DNA of 64,000 nt from an uncultured Methanomicrobiales archaeon (GTDB lineage: Archaea > Halobacteriota > Methanomicrobia > Methanomicrobiales > Methanospirillaceae). Below the pieces are notes generated by a model, which saw only the letters and a program-made list of their open reading frames with translations, had not been told where the DNA came from and searched no databases. Position 1 is the first letter of the stretch, and each line of letters starts with the position of its first letter. This document shows positions 29,969-41,405 of the stretch, in pieces. The stretch lies in the NCBI GenBank assembly GCA_963697895.1, contig OY969100.1, forward strand, positions 2,027,726 to 2,091,725, read 5' to 3'. The position numbers and the translations under genes are program-made.

Positions 29969-31234
29969 GTGAACCCAACAATGGAAGGAGCAATCAATCC
30001 CTGGTCAGGCCAGGAATCATTGGATATCGAAAAACTATTCGTCGAATTCGGGATAGAACCGATCGGCACGGTCATTGATCAGCTCCCGGTTGTCCCCGAC
30101 TTCATCCGGCGGGGGATCGTGATCGGTCACCGGGATTATCAGCAGATTGCCATGGCGATCCGGAAGCACCGTCCGTTTCACATACTGACGGGGTTCATGC
30201 CGTCCGGTCACCCCCACCTCGGGCACCTCATGGTGATGAAGGAGGTAGTGTGGCATGTGGAACAGGGGGGGAACGGCTATGTGACCATTGCCGACCGTGA
30301 AGCGCATGCGGTCCGGGATACACCCTGGTCCCTGTGTGAGAGTTACGGGAAGGAGTACCTTTTGTGCCTGTATGCCCTCGGGTTTGAAGGAAAAACATAT
30401 TTCCAAAGCCGCAACAAGGAGTTGAGCAACCTGGCGTTTGAATCAGCCATTAAGGTGAACTTCTCGGAATTGCAGGCGATATATGGCTTTTCGCAGGAAA
30501 CGACACTCGCACATGCGATGAGCGTCATCACCCAGGTGGCCGACATCCTGTACCCCCAGATCGACGACGGGCCGGCACCCACTGTCGTCCCGGTAGGTAT
30601 CGACCAGGACCCCCATATCCGCCTGACCCGGGGCGTGGCGCATAAACTCCGCATGTTTACCATAGTGGACCGGGGCGATCATGTAAGTGTCCGTTCCAAA
30701 AATGCACCGGCAGAAGCGCTCGAAGCGGTCCATGCGGCATTTCCGGGGTCCAAACGATATTCCGGGCATGTGGACATCAGACACCAGCCCTGCGGCACAG
30801 TCAGTGAGCGGGTGAGAACGATCGAGCGGGAACATGGCGGGTTTGGATTCTTCACCCCCTCGTCCACTTATCACCGGTTCATTCCGGGCCTCCAGGGGGG
30901 AAAGATGTCGAGTAGCATACCGGAGAGTATCATCAGCTTTACGGAGCCCGAGGAGATGGTCAGAAAGAAGGTGATGGCCGCATTGACCGGGGGACGTGCC
31001 ACGCTCGCCGAACAGAAGAGGATGGGGGGCGAACCTGAGCGCTGCCCCCTCTATCTGCTTAATCTCTTTCATATGGTATTCGAAGACCGTGAGCTCGAGG
31101 AGATACGGCGCCGGTGTATCACCGGGGAGATGCAGTGCGGAACCTGCAAAAAGGAGACTGCGGATCGGGTAATGACATTTCTCCGGGAATTCCGGGAAAA
31201 GATGGATGCGGTTGCACACCGCGTGGAGGGCTAA
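29969..31234 (+). CDS. trpS: Tryptophanyl-tRNA synthetase
   Basis: GFMPSG.PHLGH, PVGIDQDPH and KMSSS. Confidence 0.96.
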   Translation: MNPTMEGAINPWSGQESLDIEKLFVEFGIEPIGTVIDQLPVVPDFIRRGIVIGHRDYQQIAMAIRKHRPFHILTGFMPSGHPHLGHLMVMKEVVWHVEQGGNGYVTIADREAHAVRDTPWSLCESYGKEYLLCLYALGFEGKTYFQSRNKELSNLAFESAIKVNFSELQAIYGFSQETTLAHAMSVITQVADILYPQIDDGPAPTVVPVGIDQDPHIRLTRGVAHKLRMFTIVDRGDHVSVRSKNAPAEALEAVHAAFPGSKRYSGHVDIRHQPCGTVSERVRTIEREHGGFGFFTPSSTYHRFIPGLQGGKMSSSIPESIISFTEPEEMVRKKVMAALTGGRATLAEQKRMGGEPERCPLYLLNLFHMVFEDRELEEIRRRCITGEMQCGTCKKETADRVMTFLREFREKMDAVAHRVEG

Positions 31235-32688
31235 TGCAGATGGAACTATCTCTGAATGAAAAAAAACTCCTCGAAGCGCTGGAGAAAGAAAAAATTGCAG
31301 ATCCGGCGGCACTTGCGCAGGTCCTGTGTACCCGGGAGGACGCTATAATCCAGCATGCCCATCTGCTTGCTGACCGGGGACTCGCGGTAGTGGAGCGAAC
31401 GGTCGTCCCCCGGTATTCCCTGACCGCTGAGGGGATGCAATACCGGGAATCAGGACTGCCCGAACGACAGCTCCTCGAGTGTTTCGGCGAACGGATACCG
31501 ATGGCTGAACTGACTGCCAACCCGCTTTCCCGCATCGCGATAGGCCAGATGCGGAAGAAAGGATGGATCCGGATCCGTGACGGGGTCGTCGAAAAAACCG
31601 GGAATGCAGAACCCGGCGAGGATGAGCTCGCCCTCAGTTCACCCGGGGAAGCAGGGAGGGGCATGGATGAGCTGATCCGGCGGGGACTCGCGATACGTGA
31701 GGATGAGACGAGCTGGCAGGTCCGGATCACACCGGAAGGAACAGCGCTGGTCCGGAGCGGTCTGAAAATAAACGAAGAGACCGGTACCCTGACACAGGAA
31801 CAGATCGTGTCGGGAGCATGGCGGACACTCCAGTTCAGGCGCTATGATATTTCGAAACTTCCGAAAAGAGTATACCCGGGCAAACTACACCCGTACCAGC
31901 GACTGATCAATGAGATGCGGCAGATCCTTCTGGAAATGGGATTTGAAGAGATCTACGGGGATATTGTTCAGAGCTCGTTCTGGAATTTTGACGCGCTCTT
32001 CCAGCCGCAGGATCACCCGGCCCGGGAGATGCAGGATACGTTTTATCTCTCGGAGTGCATCCCGGTGCCGGCAGGGTATGAGAGAGTACGCGATATGCAT
32101 GAGCACGGGGGAACCACATCCTCTACCGGGTGGGGAGGGACCTGGAGTACGGAGAAAGCGGAACTCTGCGTCCTTCGTACTCATACAACCAGTCTCTCGA
32201 TCCAGCACCTGGCACGCCACCCCGAACCGCCTGTCAAGGCTTTCTGCATAAACAGGGTATATCGGCGTGAAGCGATCGACCCCACTCATCTCCCGGAATT
32301 CGAACAGCTGGAGGGGATCGTAATGGACCGGGGGGTGAGTTTCCGCAATCTGCTCGGGTTTCTCAAGGAATTTTATGGACGAATGGGATTTGAAAATGTC
32401 CGGTTCAGGCCGGCATATTTTCCCTACACAGAACCGAGTGTGGAACCGGAGGTGTATGTGGACGGCCTCGGATGGGTCGAGATGGGAGGTGCGGGGATCT
32501 TCCGCCAGGAGGTGACAGCACCCTGGGGGATTGCTTACCCGGTGCTCGCCTGGGGACTCGGAGTCTCCCGGATGGCGATGCTGACGATGGGTTTGAAGGA
32601 CCTCCGGATGCTGTACCGGAGTGATATCGAATGGATTCGGGATAGTCCATCTTTTAGGTCAGAATTGGGGATACGGAGGCGATCCTGA
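31234..32688 (+). CDS. pheS: Phenylalanyl-tRNA synthetase alpha subunit
   Basis: [28 protein letters not shown] and YFPYTEPS. Confidence 0.97.
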   Translation: MQMELSLNEKKLLEALEKEKIADPAALAQVLCTREDAIIQHAHLLADRGLAVVERTVVPRYSLTAEGMQYRESGLPERQLLECFGERIPMAELTANPLSRIAIGQMRKKGWIRIRDGVVEKTGNAEPGEDELALSSPGEAGRGMDELIRRGLAIREDETSWQVRITPEGTALVRSGLKINEETGTLTQEQIVSGAWRTLQFRRYDISKLPKRVYPGKLHPYQRLINEMRQILLEMGFEEIYGDIVQSSFWNFDALFQPQDHPAREMQDTFYLSECIPVPAGYERVRDMHEHGGTTSSTGWGGTWSTEKAELCVLRTHTTSLSIQHLARHPEPPVKAFCINRVYRREAIDPTHLPEFEQLEGIVMDRGVSFRNLLGFLKEFYGRMGFENVRFRPAYFPYTEPSVEPEVYVDGLGWVEMGGAGIFRQEVTAPWGIAYPVLAWGLGVSRMAMLTMGLKDLRMLYRSDIEWIRDSPSFRSELGIRRRS

Positions 32689-34328
32689 TGGCAATCATCA
32701 ACATCCCCTACCGGTACCTCGAGCAGCTCGTGGGAATTGACCACGCCACGATCCTCTCCCGTCTGCCGATGATCGGGTCGGACATCGAACGGGTGTTTGA
32801 GGATCATGCGGATGTCGAATTCTTCCCGGACCGGCCGGACCTGTTCTCTACGGAAGGGGTAGCGCGGGCGATGCGGGGGTTCCTTGGTATCGAGACCGGT
32901 CTCCCCGAGTACCGGGTCCGTCCGTCTGGGATGAGTTTTACTGTCGACCCGCAACTGGCCTGCATCAGGCCGTACCTCGGTTCTGCAGTTATACGAAATG
33001 TATCATTCGATGAAGAGTCGATCGAGAGCCTGATGAGCCTTCAGGAGGCATTGCACTGGGCGGTCGGCCGTGGACGAAGCAAAGTGGCGATCGGGGTGCA
33101 CGACCTTGCACGGATCACTCCCCCATTCCATTATATCGCATCCCCCCGCAGCAGGGAGTTTGTTCCGCTCGATTATGATCGGCCACTCTCCATGGATGAG
33201 ATCCTCCGCGAGCACCCGAAGGGCAGACAGTACGCACATATTGTGAATGAACTCCCGTTATTCCCGCTTATCGTGGATGATTGTGACCGGGTTTTATCAT
33301 TCCCGCCCATCATCAACGGAGAACTCACGAGGGTAACCAGAGACACGACGGATCTGCTCCTCGACACCACAGGCACCGATCAGAAGGCAGTCCTGATGGC
33401 CGTGAACATCATCTGCACCGCACTCATCGAGGGTGGAGCCAAGGTAGAAAGCGTGGAGATCGAAGGAGTGCAATGCCCTGCACTTGCCCCGCAGGCCCGG
33501 ATGGTAAGTGCCCGGGAATGTGCTGATCTTCTGGGTATCGCCCTCTCCCCGGAATCTCTCGCGGGCCTGCTGGAAAAGATGCGTTTCGGAGCAGTACCCG
33601 CGGATCATGGTATGGTACGGGTATTTGTTCCCTGTTACCGTGCCGATATCATGCATGACTGGGACATCTTTGAGGATGCAGCAATTGCACACGGATACGA
33701 GAACTTTGAGGGGACGCTTCCCGAGACGTTTACTATCGGAAATGCACACCCGGTCTCGCTGATTGCCGGAATGGCCCGGCAGATCTGCGTCGGTCTCGGA
33801 TACCAGGAGGTGATCCCTTTCACGCTGACCAATGAACGGATTCTGTACGGACTGATGCAACGTCCGGTATCCAGGACGGCGCTTCGGGTCAGTCATCCTA
33901 TCAGTGAGGAGCATACGGTGGTGAGGACGGAGATCCTTCCCATGCTCCTGGAGATATGCCGCCTCAACCGTCACCGTGAACTCCCCCAGCGGCTGTTTGC
34001 CACAGGTGATGTGGTCTCCGGCCTCTGTACCCACCAGCAGGCGGCATGCGTAAGTATGCATGCGGGGGCGGATTTTTCCGAGGCCTATGCATGCGCCGAC
34101 GGACTCTGCCGGGAGCTGTCCGCCAGCTATGAAGTAGAGGAATCAGAAGATCCTGCATTCATCGAAGGAAGGCGGGGCAATCTTATCATCGGCGGATGTT
34201 GCAGGGGAATATTCGGGGAGATTCATCCGGGGGTTCTGAACGGGTTTGATCTCGAACATCCGGTTGCAGCCCTGGAACTCGACCTCAGAGCCGTACCGGG
34301 ATATCCAGCCGGTCCAGATATTCCTTGA
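32688..34328 (+). CDS. pheT: Phenylalanyl-tRNA synthetase beta subunit
   Basis: DRPDLFS.EG.AR, SFPPIIN and RADIMH..D..ED. Confidence 0.96.
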   Translation: MAIINIPYRYLEQLVGIDHATILSRLPMIGSDIERVFEDHADVEFFPDRPDLFSTEGVARAMRGFLGIETGLPEYRVRPSGMSFTVDPQLACIRPYLGSAVIRNVSFDEESIESLMSLQEALHWAVGRGRSKVAIGVHDLARITPPFHYIASPRSREFVPLDYDRPLSMDEILREHPKGRQYAHIVNELPLFPLIVDDCDRVLSFPPIINGELTRVTRDTTDLLLDTTGTDQKAVLMAVNIICTALIEGGAKVESVEIEGVQCPALAPQARMVSARECADLLGIALSPESLAGLLEKMRFGAVPADHGMVRVFVPCYRADIMHDWDIFEDAAIAHGYENFEGTLPETFTIGNAHPVSLIAGMARQICVGLGYQEVIPFTLTNERILYGLMQRPVSRTALRVSHPISEEHTVVRTEILPMLLEICRLNRHRELPQRLFATGDVVSGLCTHQQAACVSMHAGADFSEAYACADGLCRELSASYEVEESEDPAFIEGRRGNLIIGGCCRGIFGEIHPGVLNGFDLEHPVAALELDLRAVPGYPAGPDIP

Positions 34329-35088
34329 CCTGCCGGATCGTCATCTCGCCGTAGTGAAAGACGCTGGCCGCGAGGCACGCATCTGCCTTTCCTTTCACGA
34401 ACCCGTCGTAAAAATGGGGAAGAGTCCCGACACCCCCGCTTGCGATGACTGGAATTCCGACCGTTTCAGAGATGGCCGCGGTGATCGGGATATCAAAGCC
34501 CTTTTTGGTTCCGTCCGTCTCCATACTCGTGAGAAGGATCTCGCCCGCTCCCCGCGATTCCGCCTCACATGCCCATGTGATGGCATCCATACCGGTCGGG
34601 CTGCTCCCGCCATAGATGACCACTTCATACCAGCAGCACCCTTCTCCCAGATCGACAGGCGTTGCATCCGGATTTTCAGAAAAGTTCCGGCGTACGTCCA
34701 TGGCAACGACCATGCACTGGGTACCGAACCGTCTTGCCCCGCGGCTGATCAGCGCCGGATCCTGGACCGCGCTCGTGTTGATACTCACCTTATCGGCACC
34801 GGCCCTGAGGATCTGCTGGATATCATCCATACTCCGGATACCGCCACCGACAGTGAGGGGAAGAAAAAGCTTGTCGGCTGCACGCTGGATCACGTCGATG
34901 ATTGCACCGCGGTGCTCCTTTGAGGCGGTGATATCCAGAAAGACCACCTCATCCGCACCCTGCTCATTGTACCTTTCCGCCAGCTCCACCGGGTCTCCGG
35001 CATCCCGAAGTTCGAGAAAATGCGTCCCCTTTACCACGCGGCCGTCCTTGAGGTCGAGACAGGGAATGATCCGGCGTGTCAGTACCAT
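34285..35088 (-). CDS. hisF: Imidazole glycerol phosphate synthase cyclase subunit
   Basis: [24 protein letters not shown] and IASGG.G. Confidence 0.97.
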   Translation of the reverse strand: MVLTRRIIPCLDLKDGRVVKGTHFLELRDAGDPVELAERYNEQGADEVVFLDITASKEHRGAIIDVIQRAADKLFLPLTVGGGIRSMDDIQQILRAGADKVSINTSAVQDPALISRGARRFGTQCMVVAMDVRRNFSENPDATPVDLGEGCCWYEVVIYGGSSPTGMDAITWACEAESRGAGEILLTSMETDGTKKGFDIPITAAISETVGIPVIASGGVGTLPHFYDGFVKGKADACLAASVFHYGEMTIRQVKEYLDRLDIPVRL

Positions 35089-35312
35089 GGTAGTACCATC
35101 TCTGTGGTCACACAATAAGCGTTGTGTGAGAATACCCGGAGCCACATAGTCGATGGCAAGGCAGGGGAGACGGATGAATTGCATGTTTAGCAATGAACGA
35201 ACGGCGAGGAAAGGATATGTTCAGATATCCGGGTTACAGGTATTTCAGGGGTGCCGGTTCATAATAATGGTTAGAGGAATAGCGTTCCCTCGGCTGGTGA
35301 GCGTGGGAGAAT

Positions 35313-36551
35313 ATGACAGCAGAACTGATGACGGGTGAACAAAAGATCGACTGGGCCAGGCAGTTTATGCCGGTCCTTTCGTCCATTCGCGAGAAGTTTG
35401 AAGAGGAGATGCCGTTTACCGGTATCAGGATAGGCATGGCGCTCCATGTCGAGGCAAAGACCGCAAACCTGGTTGAGACCCTTGCTGCCGGGGGGGCGCA
35501 GGTCTTTATTACCGGTTGCAACCCGCTTTCGACGCAGGACGATGTGGCCGATGCGTTGAACCGGTTGCCGCAGGTCAGGTGCTATGCACGGCGGGGTGCC
35601 TCGGTGGATGAGTATTATGCCGCTATCGACCGGGTCCTCGATGCGGAACCCCAGATCACTATTGATGACGGAATGGACCTGATACTTCGTATCCATACTC
35701 AACGGAAGGAGCTCCTCCCCCGGGTGATAGGGGGTTGCGAAGAGACCACAACGGGTGTCCACCGCCTCCGGTCGATGACCCGCGATGGGGATCTTAAATT
35801 TCCCGTGATTGCGGTGAATGACACACCGATGAAGCATTTCTTCGATAACGTGCACGGAACCGGCGAGAGCGTGTTAACCGCGATCATGGTGACCACGAAT
35901 GTACTCATCGCCGGCAAACGCGTGGTGATCGCAGGATATGGATATTGCGGAAGGGGACTTGCACGGAAGGCACATGGTCTCGGTGCACGGGTAATTATCA
36001 CGGAGATAGACCCCCGTCGGGCTCTGGAGGCATACATGGACGGGTATTCGGTGATGACCATGGATGATGCAGCCCCGCTCGGGGAGATCTTTGTCACGAC
36101 CACCGGGGATGAACGGGTGATCACCGAACGGCATTTCCGTCGGATGAAAGACGGGGCGATCCTCGCAAATGCCGGTCACTTTAATGTGGAGATCGATGTC
36201 CAGTGGCTCGAAACACATACGGAGCATAGGGAGGGACGTGAGGGGATCGAAACGTACCGCATCGGTGATACCCGCATTCATCTCCTTGCCGAGGGGAGGC
36301 TCGTAAATCTCGCGAGTCCGAAGGGCATGGGCCATCCGATCGAGGTGATGGACCTGAGCTTTGCGTTGCAGGCACTCTGTTCCCATTACATCCTCGTAAA
36401 TGGCAGGAACCTCACTCCGGGGATCTATGATGTTCCGGGGGAGATCGATGACCGGGTCGCAGAGCTGAAACTTGAGGCCCTCGGTATAACCATCGATTCT
36501 CTTACTGAGGAACAGCGTACCTATCTGGAGAGCTGGGATGTCGGGACATAG
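35313..36551 (+). CDS. ahcY: Adenosylhomocysteinase family (probably S-inosylhomocysteine hydrolase)
   Basis: CNPLSTQDD, EETTTG, GYGYCGRG, NAGHF and EGRLVNL. Confidence 0.95.
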   Translation: MTAELMTGEQKIDWARQFMPVLSSIREKFEEEMPFTGIRIGMALHVEAKTANLVETLAAGGAQVFITGCNPLSTQDDVADALNRLPQVRCYARRGASVDEYYAAIDRVLDAEPQITIDDGMDLILRIHTQRKELLPRVIGGCEETTTGVHRLRSMTRDGDLKFPVIAVNDTPMKHFFDNVHGTGESVLTAIMVTTNVLIAGKRVVIAGYGYCGRGLARKAHGLGARVIITEIDPRRALEAYMDGYSVMTMDDAAPLGEIFVTTTGDERVITERHFRRMKDGAILANAGHFNVEIDVQWLETHTEHREGREGIETYRIGDTRIHLLAEGRLVNLASPKGMGHPIEVMDLSFALQALCSHYILVNGRNLTPGIYDVPGEIDDRVAELKLEALGITIDSLTEEQRTYLESWDVGT

Positions 36552-36605
36552 CGCACCCCGACCCCTTAACCGGGTTCTGATCGACCAGTGTCCCTGCACT
36601 GTCGT

Positions 36606-37532
36606 TCAGAAGATCTTTTGTCTACGGGCAAATTCCTGAACAATCTTTTTCCGGTTGGAGAAAAGGTATTCCTGTGCATACCCGGCGTACTCGCCAAAAT
36701 GTTCCCGGGCAAACCGGCGGAACTGCTCGTAACTCCGGCATTCATGACAACCCGCATATGAATTCCGGAGAATCCGCTGTATCCAGACATCGACGGGCAC
36801 CGATTCGTAGTGCCTGAAACCGAAAAGGAGCACGCAATCAGCGACTTTATACCCCACACCCTTCAGGCTGAGAAGATCGGCTCGTGCCTCCTCATATGGA
36901 AGGGCTGCGATTCTTTGGAAAAATAAAGGGTCATCGTTGATTTTACGGGCTGTTTCACAGAGGTAGGGTGCCCGGTACCCGACCTTGCACGCCCTCACCG
37001 CGCATTCATCAACACGCGAAAGCGATTCCGGCGTGGGAAAACCGAAATACATCCTCCCTTCGAACCGGATCGGGTCTCCGAAATTGCGGGCAAGGAGTTC
37101 AATCCGGTTCCGAATCCCGGGGATATTTGCAAAGGTCGCACAGATATAGGAGGCGAGACATTCCCATCCAGGCTGCCTGATAATACGGAGTCCCCTGCAC
37201 CGGTGGATGGCATCGTGGATAAGGGGGTCACGGTCGATCGATGCCAGTATGGGGGGGAGATCGAGGCCGAGCTGGAAATAATCCCTGATGAATTGTTCGG
37301 GGGCTCCGTGATACCGGAGAACTGCCTCCTCCTGCCTGATTTTCATGACGTACGGGCCGACCACTCCGTACCACCATCCGTCACGCTTCTCCCACCGGAA
37401 GACCTGGCCGCACTGCAGGGTAACATCGAGGTCGAACGGCTGACAGGGATCGAGTGAAATAATCGACTTGTCCTTATCCTCTGTTTGCCTGAGCGGGATG
37501 CCGGTTTTCATTCCGGAGAAATCGTTGGTCAC
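36606..37532 (-). CDS. ogg: 8-oxoguanine DNA glycosylase (HhH-GPD)
   Basis: CGQVFRW, GVGYKVADC, PVDVW and AGYAQEYLF. Start is 37532 (GTG) or 37511. Confidence 0.92.
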   Translation of the reverse strand: MTNDFSGMKTGIPLRQTEDKDKSIISLDPCQPFDLDVTLQCGQVFRWEKRDGWWYGVVGPYVMKIRQEEAVLRYHGAPEQFIRDYFQLGLDLPPILASIDRDPLIHDAIHRCRGLRIIRQPGWECLASYICATFANIPGIRNRIELLARNFGDPIRFEGRMYFGFPTPESLSRVDECAVRACKVGYRAPYLCETARKINDDPLFFQRIAALPYEEARADLLSLKGVGYKVADCVLLFGFRHYESVPVDVWIQRILRNSYAGCHECRSYEQFRRFAREHFGEYAGYAQEYLFSNRKKIVQEFARRQKIF

Positions 37533-37635
37533 GATCGGATTTATTTCAGCCGACCGGATTCATGAGACCTGCAAGATCCTCTCTCTTTCATCCTGCAGGG
37601 AGCAGTCTTTTATAGATCAGAACAAATTTACTCGC

Positions 37636-37962
37636 ATGAAAATATCGGAAAATTTACGGTCATTTCTGGAAGGAGCAGAGGACTGGGAACGAAAACAGAC
37701 GTCGCTTCCGGGAGTTTCTATCATCAGGCTGCCCAGCACCAAAACGCGGCCCGCATCTCTGGCAATCGAGATCAATCCGCTCGATCAGAACGGGCGCCCG
37801 ATGAAAAAGAAGGGGATCATGATCATGAACAGGGAGGAAGTGAAGGCATTTTCTGAGATCTTTGCCAGCGAGAAGCTAATCGCGCTCATCGATGCGATGG
37901 AAACGGTCATGCCCGAGAAGAAGCTCCAGAAGAAAGGCCAGGCAGAAGTATTGGAGATATAG
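37636..37962 (+). CDS. Conserved hypothetical protein (~108 aa)
   Basis: Protein-like composition from MKISENL; motif LAIEINP...G.P.KKKG. A TATA-like box (TTTATA) lies about 25 nt upstream. Confidence 0.7.
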   Translation: MKISENLRSFLEGAEDWERKQTSLPGVSIIRLPSTKTRPASLAIEINPLDQNGRPMKKKGIMIMNREEVKAFSEIFASEKLIALIDAMETVMPEKKLQKKGQAEVLEI

Positions 37963-38520
37963 ATGCAGGAGCCGTATACCGGCAGGAGGGTTTCGTTTCC
38001 TGTAATTCGCACGAGTGCTCTGTATACATCGGGGAAATCGCAGGAATTGAACCCATTATCCTGTTCGAGGATTTGTGTCTCCTTTTTTTTCATTGCTCTG
38101 ATCTTCTGCACCGGTATGATCAGCGGGTGCGTAGGGATATCGGAAACTTCCCCTCCCCTCGTCTCATACCACCGTACCGGCGGGATCGCCGGTTTCTCGG
38201 ACGATCTGGCGATTTACGAGAACGGTTCGGTTATGGTGACGGAAAATGGAGTTCCAGGCCACTGCATGCTCGACGATGCCAGCATAGAGGGATTGCGGAT
38301 GATCTTCAGTCAGGCGAATTTCCCGGCACTCGCGGATAACTACCCTGCCCCGACCCCGGGAGCAGATTATTTCCGCTATACCATCACCTATCAGGGAAAG
38401 ACGGTGACTACAGAAACAACCGGTGCGCCTCCGGCGCTCGAACCGGTCATCACCATACTCGACAGACTGGTCACCCGCTGCGGACCCCGGAATGATGGGG
38501 GAATCGTGCCGATGCATTAA
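37963..38520 (+). CDS. Putative lipoprotein, emfourin (M4 protease inhibitor)-like
   Basis: Hydrophobic stretch plus ISGC lipobox; RTGGIAG and GADYFRYTIT motifs. True start may be TTG 38047. Confidence 0.6.
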   Translation: MQEPYTGRRVSFPVIRTSALYTSGKSQELNPLSCSRICVSFFFIALIFCTGMISGCVGISETSPPLVSYHRTGGIAGFSDDLAIYENGSVMVTENGVPGHCMLDDASIEGLRMIFSQANFPALADNYPAPTPGADYFRYTITYQGKTVTTETTGAPPALEPVITILDRLVTRCGPRNDGGIVPMH

Positions 38521-38546
38521 TGCTGACAGGGGAGTTATGAACCATC

Positions 38547-38819
38547 ATGCCAGTAAAACCACAGGTGACCTCCGACAGGGCACGCAGAATCGGCGAACGT
38601 CTGGGGCTCAAATGGGACAAATTTGATCTGGACCAGTTCAGACGGGGTATGGAAGTAGAGCTGGAACACGGCCTCCGGGACCCGGTGACGAATGTGACCG
38701 ATGATGATCTCCTGACAACCGGGAAGATCGCCCTGGCACATCTGAATGAATTTCCGGACTATTACGACCGGCTCGATAAAATGGAAGCCGAAGCGGAGCG
38801 ATTCTGGAAAGGCAAATAA
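38547..38819 (+). CDS. DUF5661-like small protein
   Basis: GMEVELEHG and KIALAHLNEFPDYY.RL. Confidence 0.8.
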   Translation: MPVKPQVTSDRARRIGERLGLKWDKFDLDQFRRGMEVELEHGLRDPVTNVTDDDLLTTGKIALAHLNEFPDYYDRLDKMEAEAERFWKGK

Positions 38820-39044
38820 TCCGCAATGCGATCGCGGCGATTCGCCTCAGCGGGAAATAAGAGCAATAAGGGGCCGAAAATTCTCAAATGAGTACCTCCT
38901 CAATGAGTTAAGAATCCTGAAGGGACTTCCCGCGATAGAAAGACCTCAATCCGGAGTCGAACGAGCAATTCTGGATCTTTGCACGGCTAAATCTTGAGAT
39001 CGCGATAAAAGGCCGGGGGTTCCCGAACACAGCACGCATACGGA

Positions 39045-39734
39045 TTAGTATCCGAGGTGTTCGTTAATCAGGATCAATGTTACCCTGCCAGGGACCGGTT
39101 CATTCGCAAGGATCACACATTTCCCGATACTGCTCGGTATACCGTATGCTTTCTGTGCCCGGGCGTTCTCCAGCGGGTAAGCAAAATTCCTGACCCGTTC
39201 AAGTGCATCGGTGACGGTCGGTACGATCTTATTGACTCCCGCGACGAAGATCAGGTTCTTTGCCGCAATAGGCCATGCCCCCACCCGGCTACCGGTCTTG
39301 TCGCACCCGACCAGTTCACCGGTGCGAGCGATTGCGTTTACTCCGGATAGAAAATATTCGGCCGTAACAGTCATCCGCCTGATATCTGCTCGTTTGTTTG
39401 CATCGTCTTCGGCATTGACAACCCGGTGAAGGTCTTTCCATCCGGAATCTCCGCTCTGCTGGTACTCCTCAAACCCGATCTCAACCAGGGTAGTCGATGA
39501 GCCGTTCATCACCTCACTTCCGCGGGGGATCAGTTCTCTGATCCATGAAAGCGCTTCAGCCCCGTCCCGAACCTTTATCACGCGAATATTATGAGCTTCC
39601 AGCGCTTTTGTAGTATCGGCGATCTCCTCCTCCGATGGTTCCCGGTTCCATCGCACCGGATCCACCCCCGCTTCGGAGAAGAGGTGGATGGCACTGTATT
39701 GCGTTACCTCTGCCATGGTATCCTCGTTATGCAT
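39045..39734 (-). CDS. LUD/DUF162-domain protein
   Basis: GSSTTL, NAIA.TGELV..D.TGSRV, G.NKIV and LGY terminus. Confidence 0.85.
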   Translation of the reverse strand: MHNEDTMAEVTQYSAIHLFSEAGVDPVRWNREPSEEEIADTTKALEAHNIRVIKVRDGAEALSWIRELIPRGSEVMNGSSTTLVEIGFEEYQQSGDSGWKDLHRVVNAEDDANKRADIRRMTVTAEYFLSGVNAIARTGELVGCDKTGSRVGAWPIAAKNLIFVAGVNKIVPTVTDALERVRNFAYPLENARAQKAYGIPSSIGKCVILANEPVPGRVTLILINEHLGY

Positions 39735-39984
39735 CTCTCCTTTATCGGGGTGCTATATAGGTATGACGCAATCCTGTGGTATCCTCGTCAGTCGGATTAG
39801 GAATCGACGGTATTAAGGCACAGGATCAATCGGAATAAGTCGGGAAATGTGACCCTTTTTTCAAAAATAGTGAACGGAGCTATCGGGTCAGGATAACATC
39901 ACCCGGATCTATCGTCAGAAGAGAGGCGAGGTCGGGTTATCCACTGCGGATACGCCCTGATGGACCGCTGCCGAAGGGATCTGA

Positions 39985-40893
39985 TCAATCTGAACAACGC
40001 GAACCGGTATATATGCAGGACTGGACATCTTTTCCGAGCATCCCGATTGCATCCGCCCTGCACCTCTGGCAATGCCGCATCTGCCTGACGTATTGCGCAC
40101 ATTCGTCCTGCATCTTTCGTTTCATCTCCGGGGTCGGCGGGGTGATATCGGCAAACTTGTATTGAGCGATCAGGGGGATCACATTGAAGGTGTAAACCCC
40201 CATCTCTCCCACCTTTTTCGCGATCTCGGGGATGTGTTCTTCGTTGATCCCAGGGATATAGACCGTGTTGATCTTCACGATCATCTTCCGATCGACCGCC
40301 ATCCGGATCCCTTTCATCTGATTATCCAGGAGGATCTTTGCCGCCTCGAGGCCATGATATCGTTTGCCTTTATAGTCGACAAATTGGTAGATCCGCGAAC
40401 CGACCTCAGGATCGATCGCATTCAGCGTGACGGTGATGTTATCGACACCATATTTTTGCAGAAGATCTATCTTGTCCGGCAGAAGGAGGCCATTTGTGCT
40501 GATACAGAGGATGAGATGGGGAAATTCTTCATGGAGGAGGCGAAGGGCCTCGAATGTCTCTTCGTTTGCCAGGGGTTCCCCTGGTCCGGCAATTCCGACG
40601 ACCTTGATATACTCGTACTTCGCCATGACTTTTCTGACCAGTTCTACCGATTCCTGCGCGTTCAGGACCTTCGTCGTAACCCCGGGCCTGCTCTCATTCA
40701 CGCAGTCAAAGTCCCGGATGCAGTAGTTGCACTGGATATTGCACTTTGGCGCGACCGGAATATGACACCTCCCGAATGCATGGCATGCCTTCTCTGAGAA
40801 ACAGGGGTGCTCCGAGATCTTCCTCATCTGTTCCGGATCCCATCTGACCTTCTTTCCTCCCACATCCGCTTCCTTATATTCGTCTTTTGCCAT
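39985..40893 (-). CDS. nifB: Stand-alone radical SAM NifB
   Basis: HPC, PVAPKCNIQCNYC, NESRPG, GIAGPGEPL, STNG and CQRCRADA. No NifX domain. Confidence 0.93.
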   Translation of the reverse strand: MAKDEYKEADVGGKKVRWDPEQMRKISEHPCFSEKACHAFGRCHIPVAPKCNIQCNYCIRDFDCVNESRPGVTTKVLNAQESVELVRKVMAKYEYIKVVGIAGPGEPLANEETFEALRLLHEEFPHLILCISTNGLLLPDKIDLLQKYGVDNITVTLNAIDPEVGSRIYQFVDYKGKRYHGLEAAKILLDNQMKGIRMAVDRKMIVKINTVYIPGINEEHIPEIAKKVGEMGVYTFNVIPLIAQYKFADITPPTPEMKRKMQDECAQYVRQMRHCQRCRADAIGMLGKDVQSCIYTGSRCSD

Positions 40894-41405
40894 GGACAAC
40901 AACCATCTGATCTGGTCTGTTAAGCTATATATAAAATTCAATTCTGCCAGAGGAAATGAATGGATGGCTCCCGCGGGATATAAATGGGAATTCCGCACCA
41001 TTTGCCTGCAGGATCCTCTGTACCGTGTTACATATCCCCTTTCGCAATGTCTTTTTCGGATGATTCGTTATCAGTTCAGACCCCTGTTCCGAAGAATATT
41101 ATATATCTTGAAGCGGGATCGGAACAGGCCGGCCAGGGGAAAAATTTCGACATATGAGGTTTAATTCCTCCTTCCCTGACGTTATTCGCGCGCAGGATTG
41201 TTTAGAATGTACCCCGGGTCGGATTCGTCATTCTATTCCGGGTTGTGATGGGATAATCAAATTAAAATAACCAATAGCGAAGAGGACGCTTCAGCGATCC
41301 GGCCGAATCACCCACCGTTGTTCCGGTTTGGTAACGGGGAGAACCCGGGGAGACCGGATTTCGGTGTGAAGAGAGGGAAGTATATAGGAAAGAATCGCCA
41401 ATAAA

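Noticed and set aside
34285-34328. 44-bp convergent overlap of pheT and hisF
   Set aside because: Ordinary 3'-end overlap in a compact archaeal genome.
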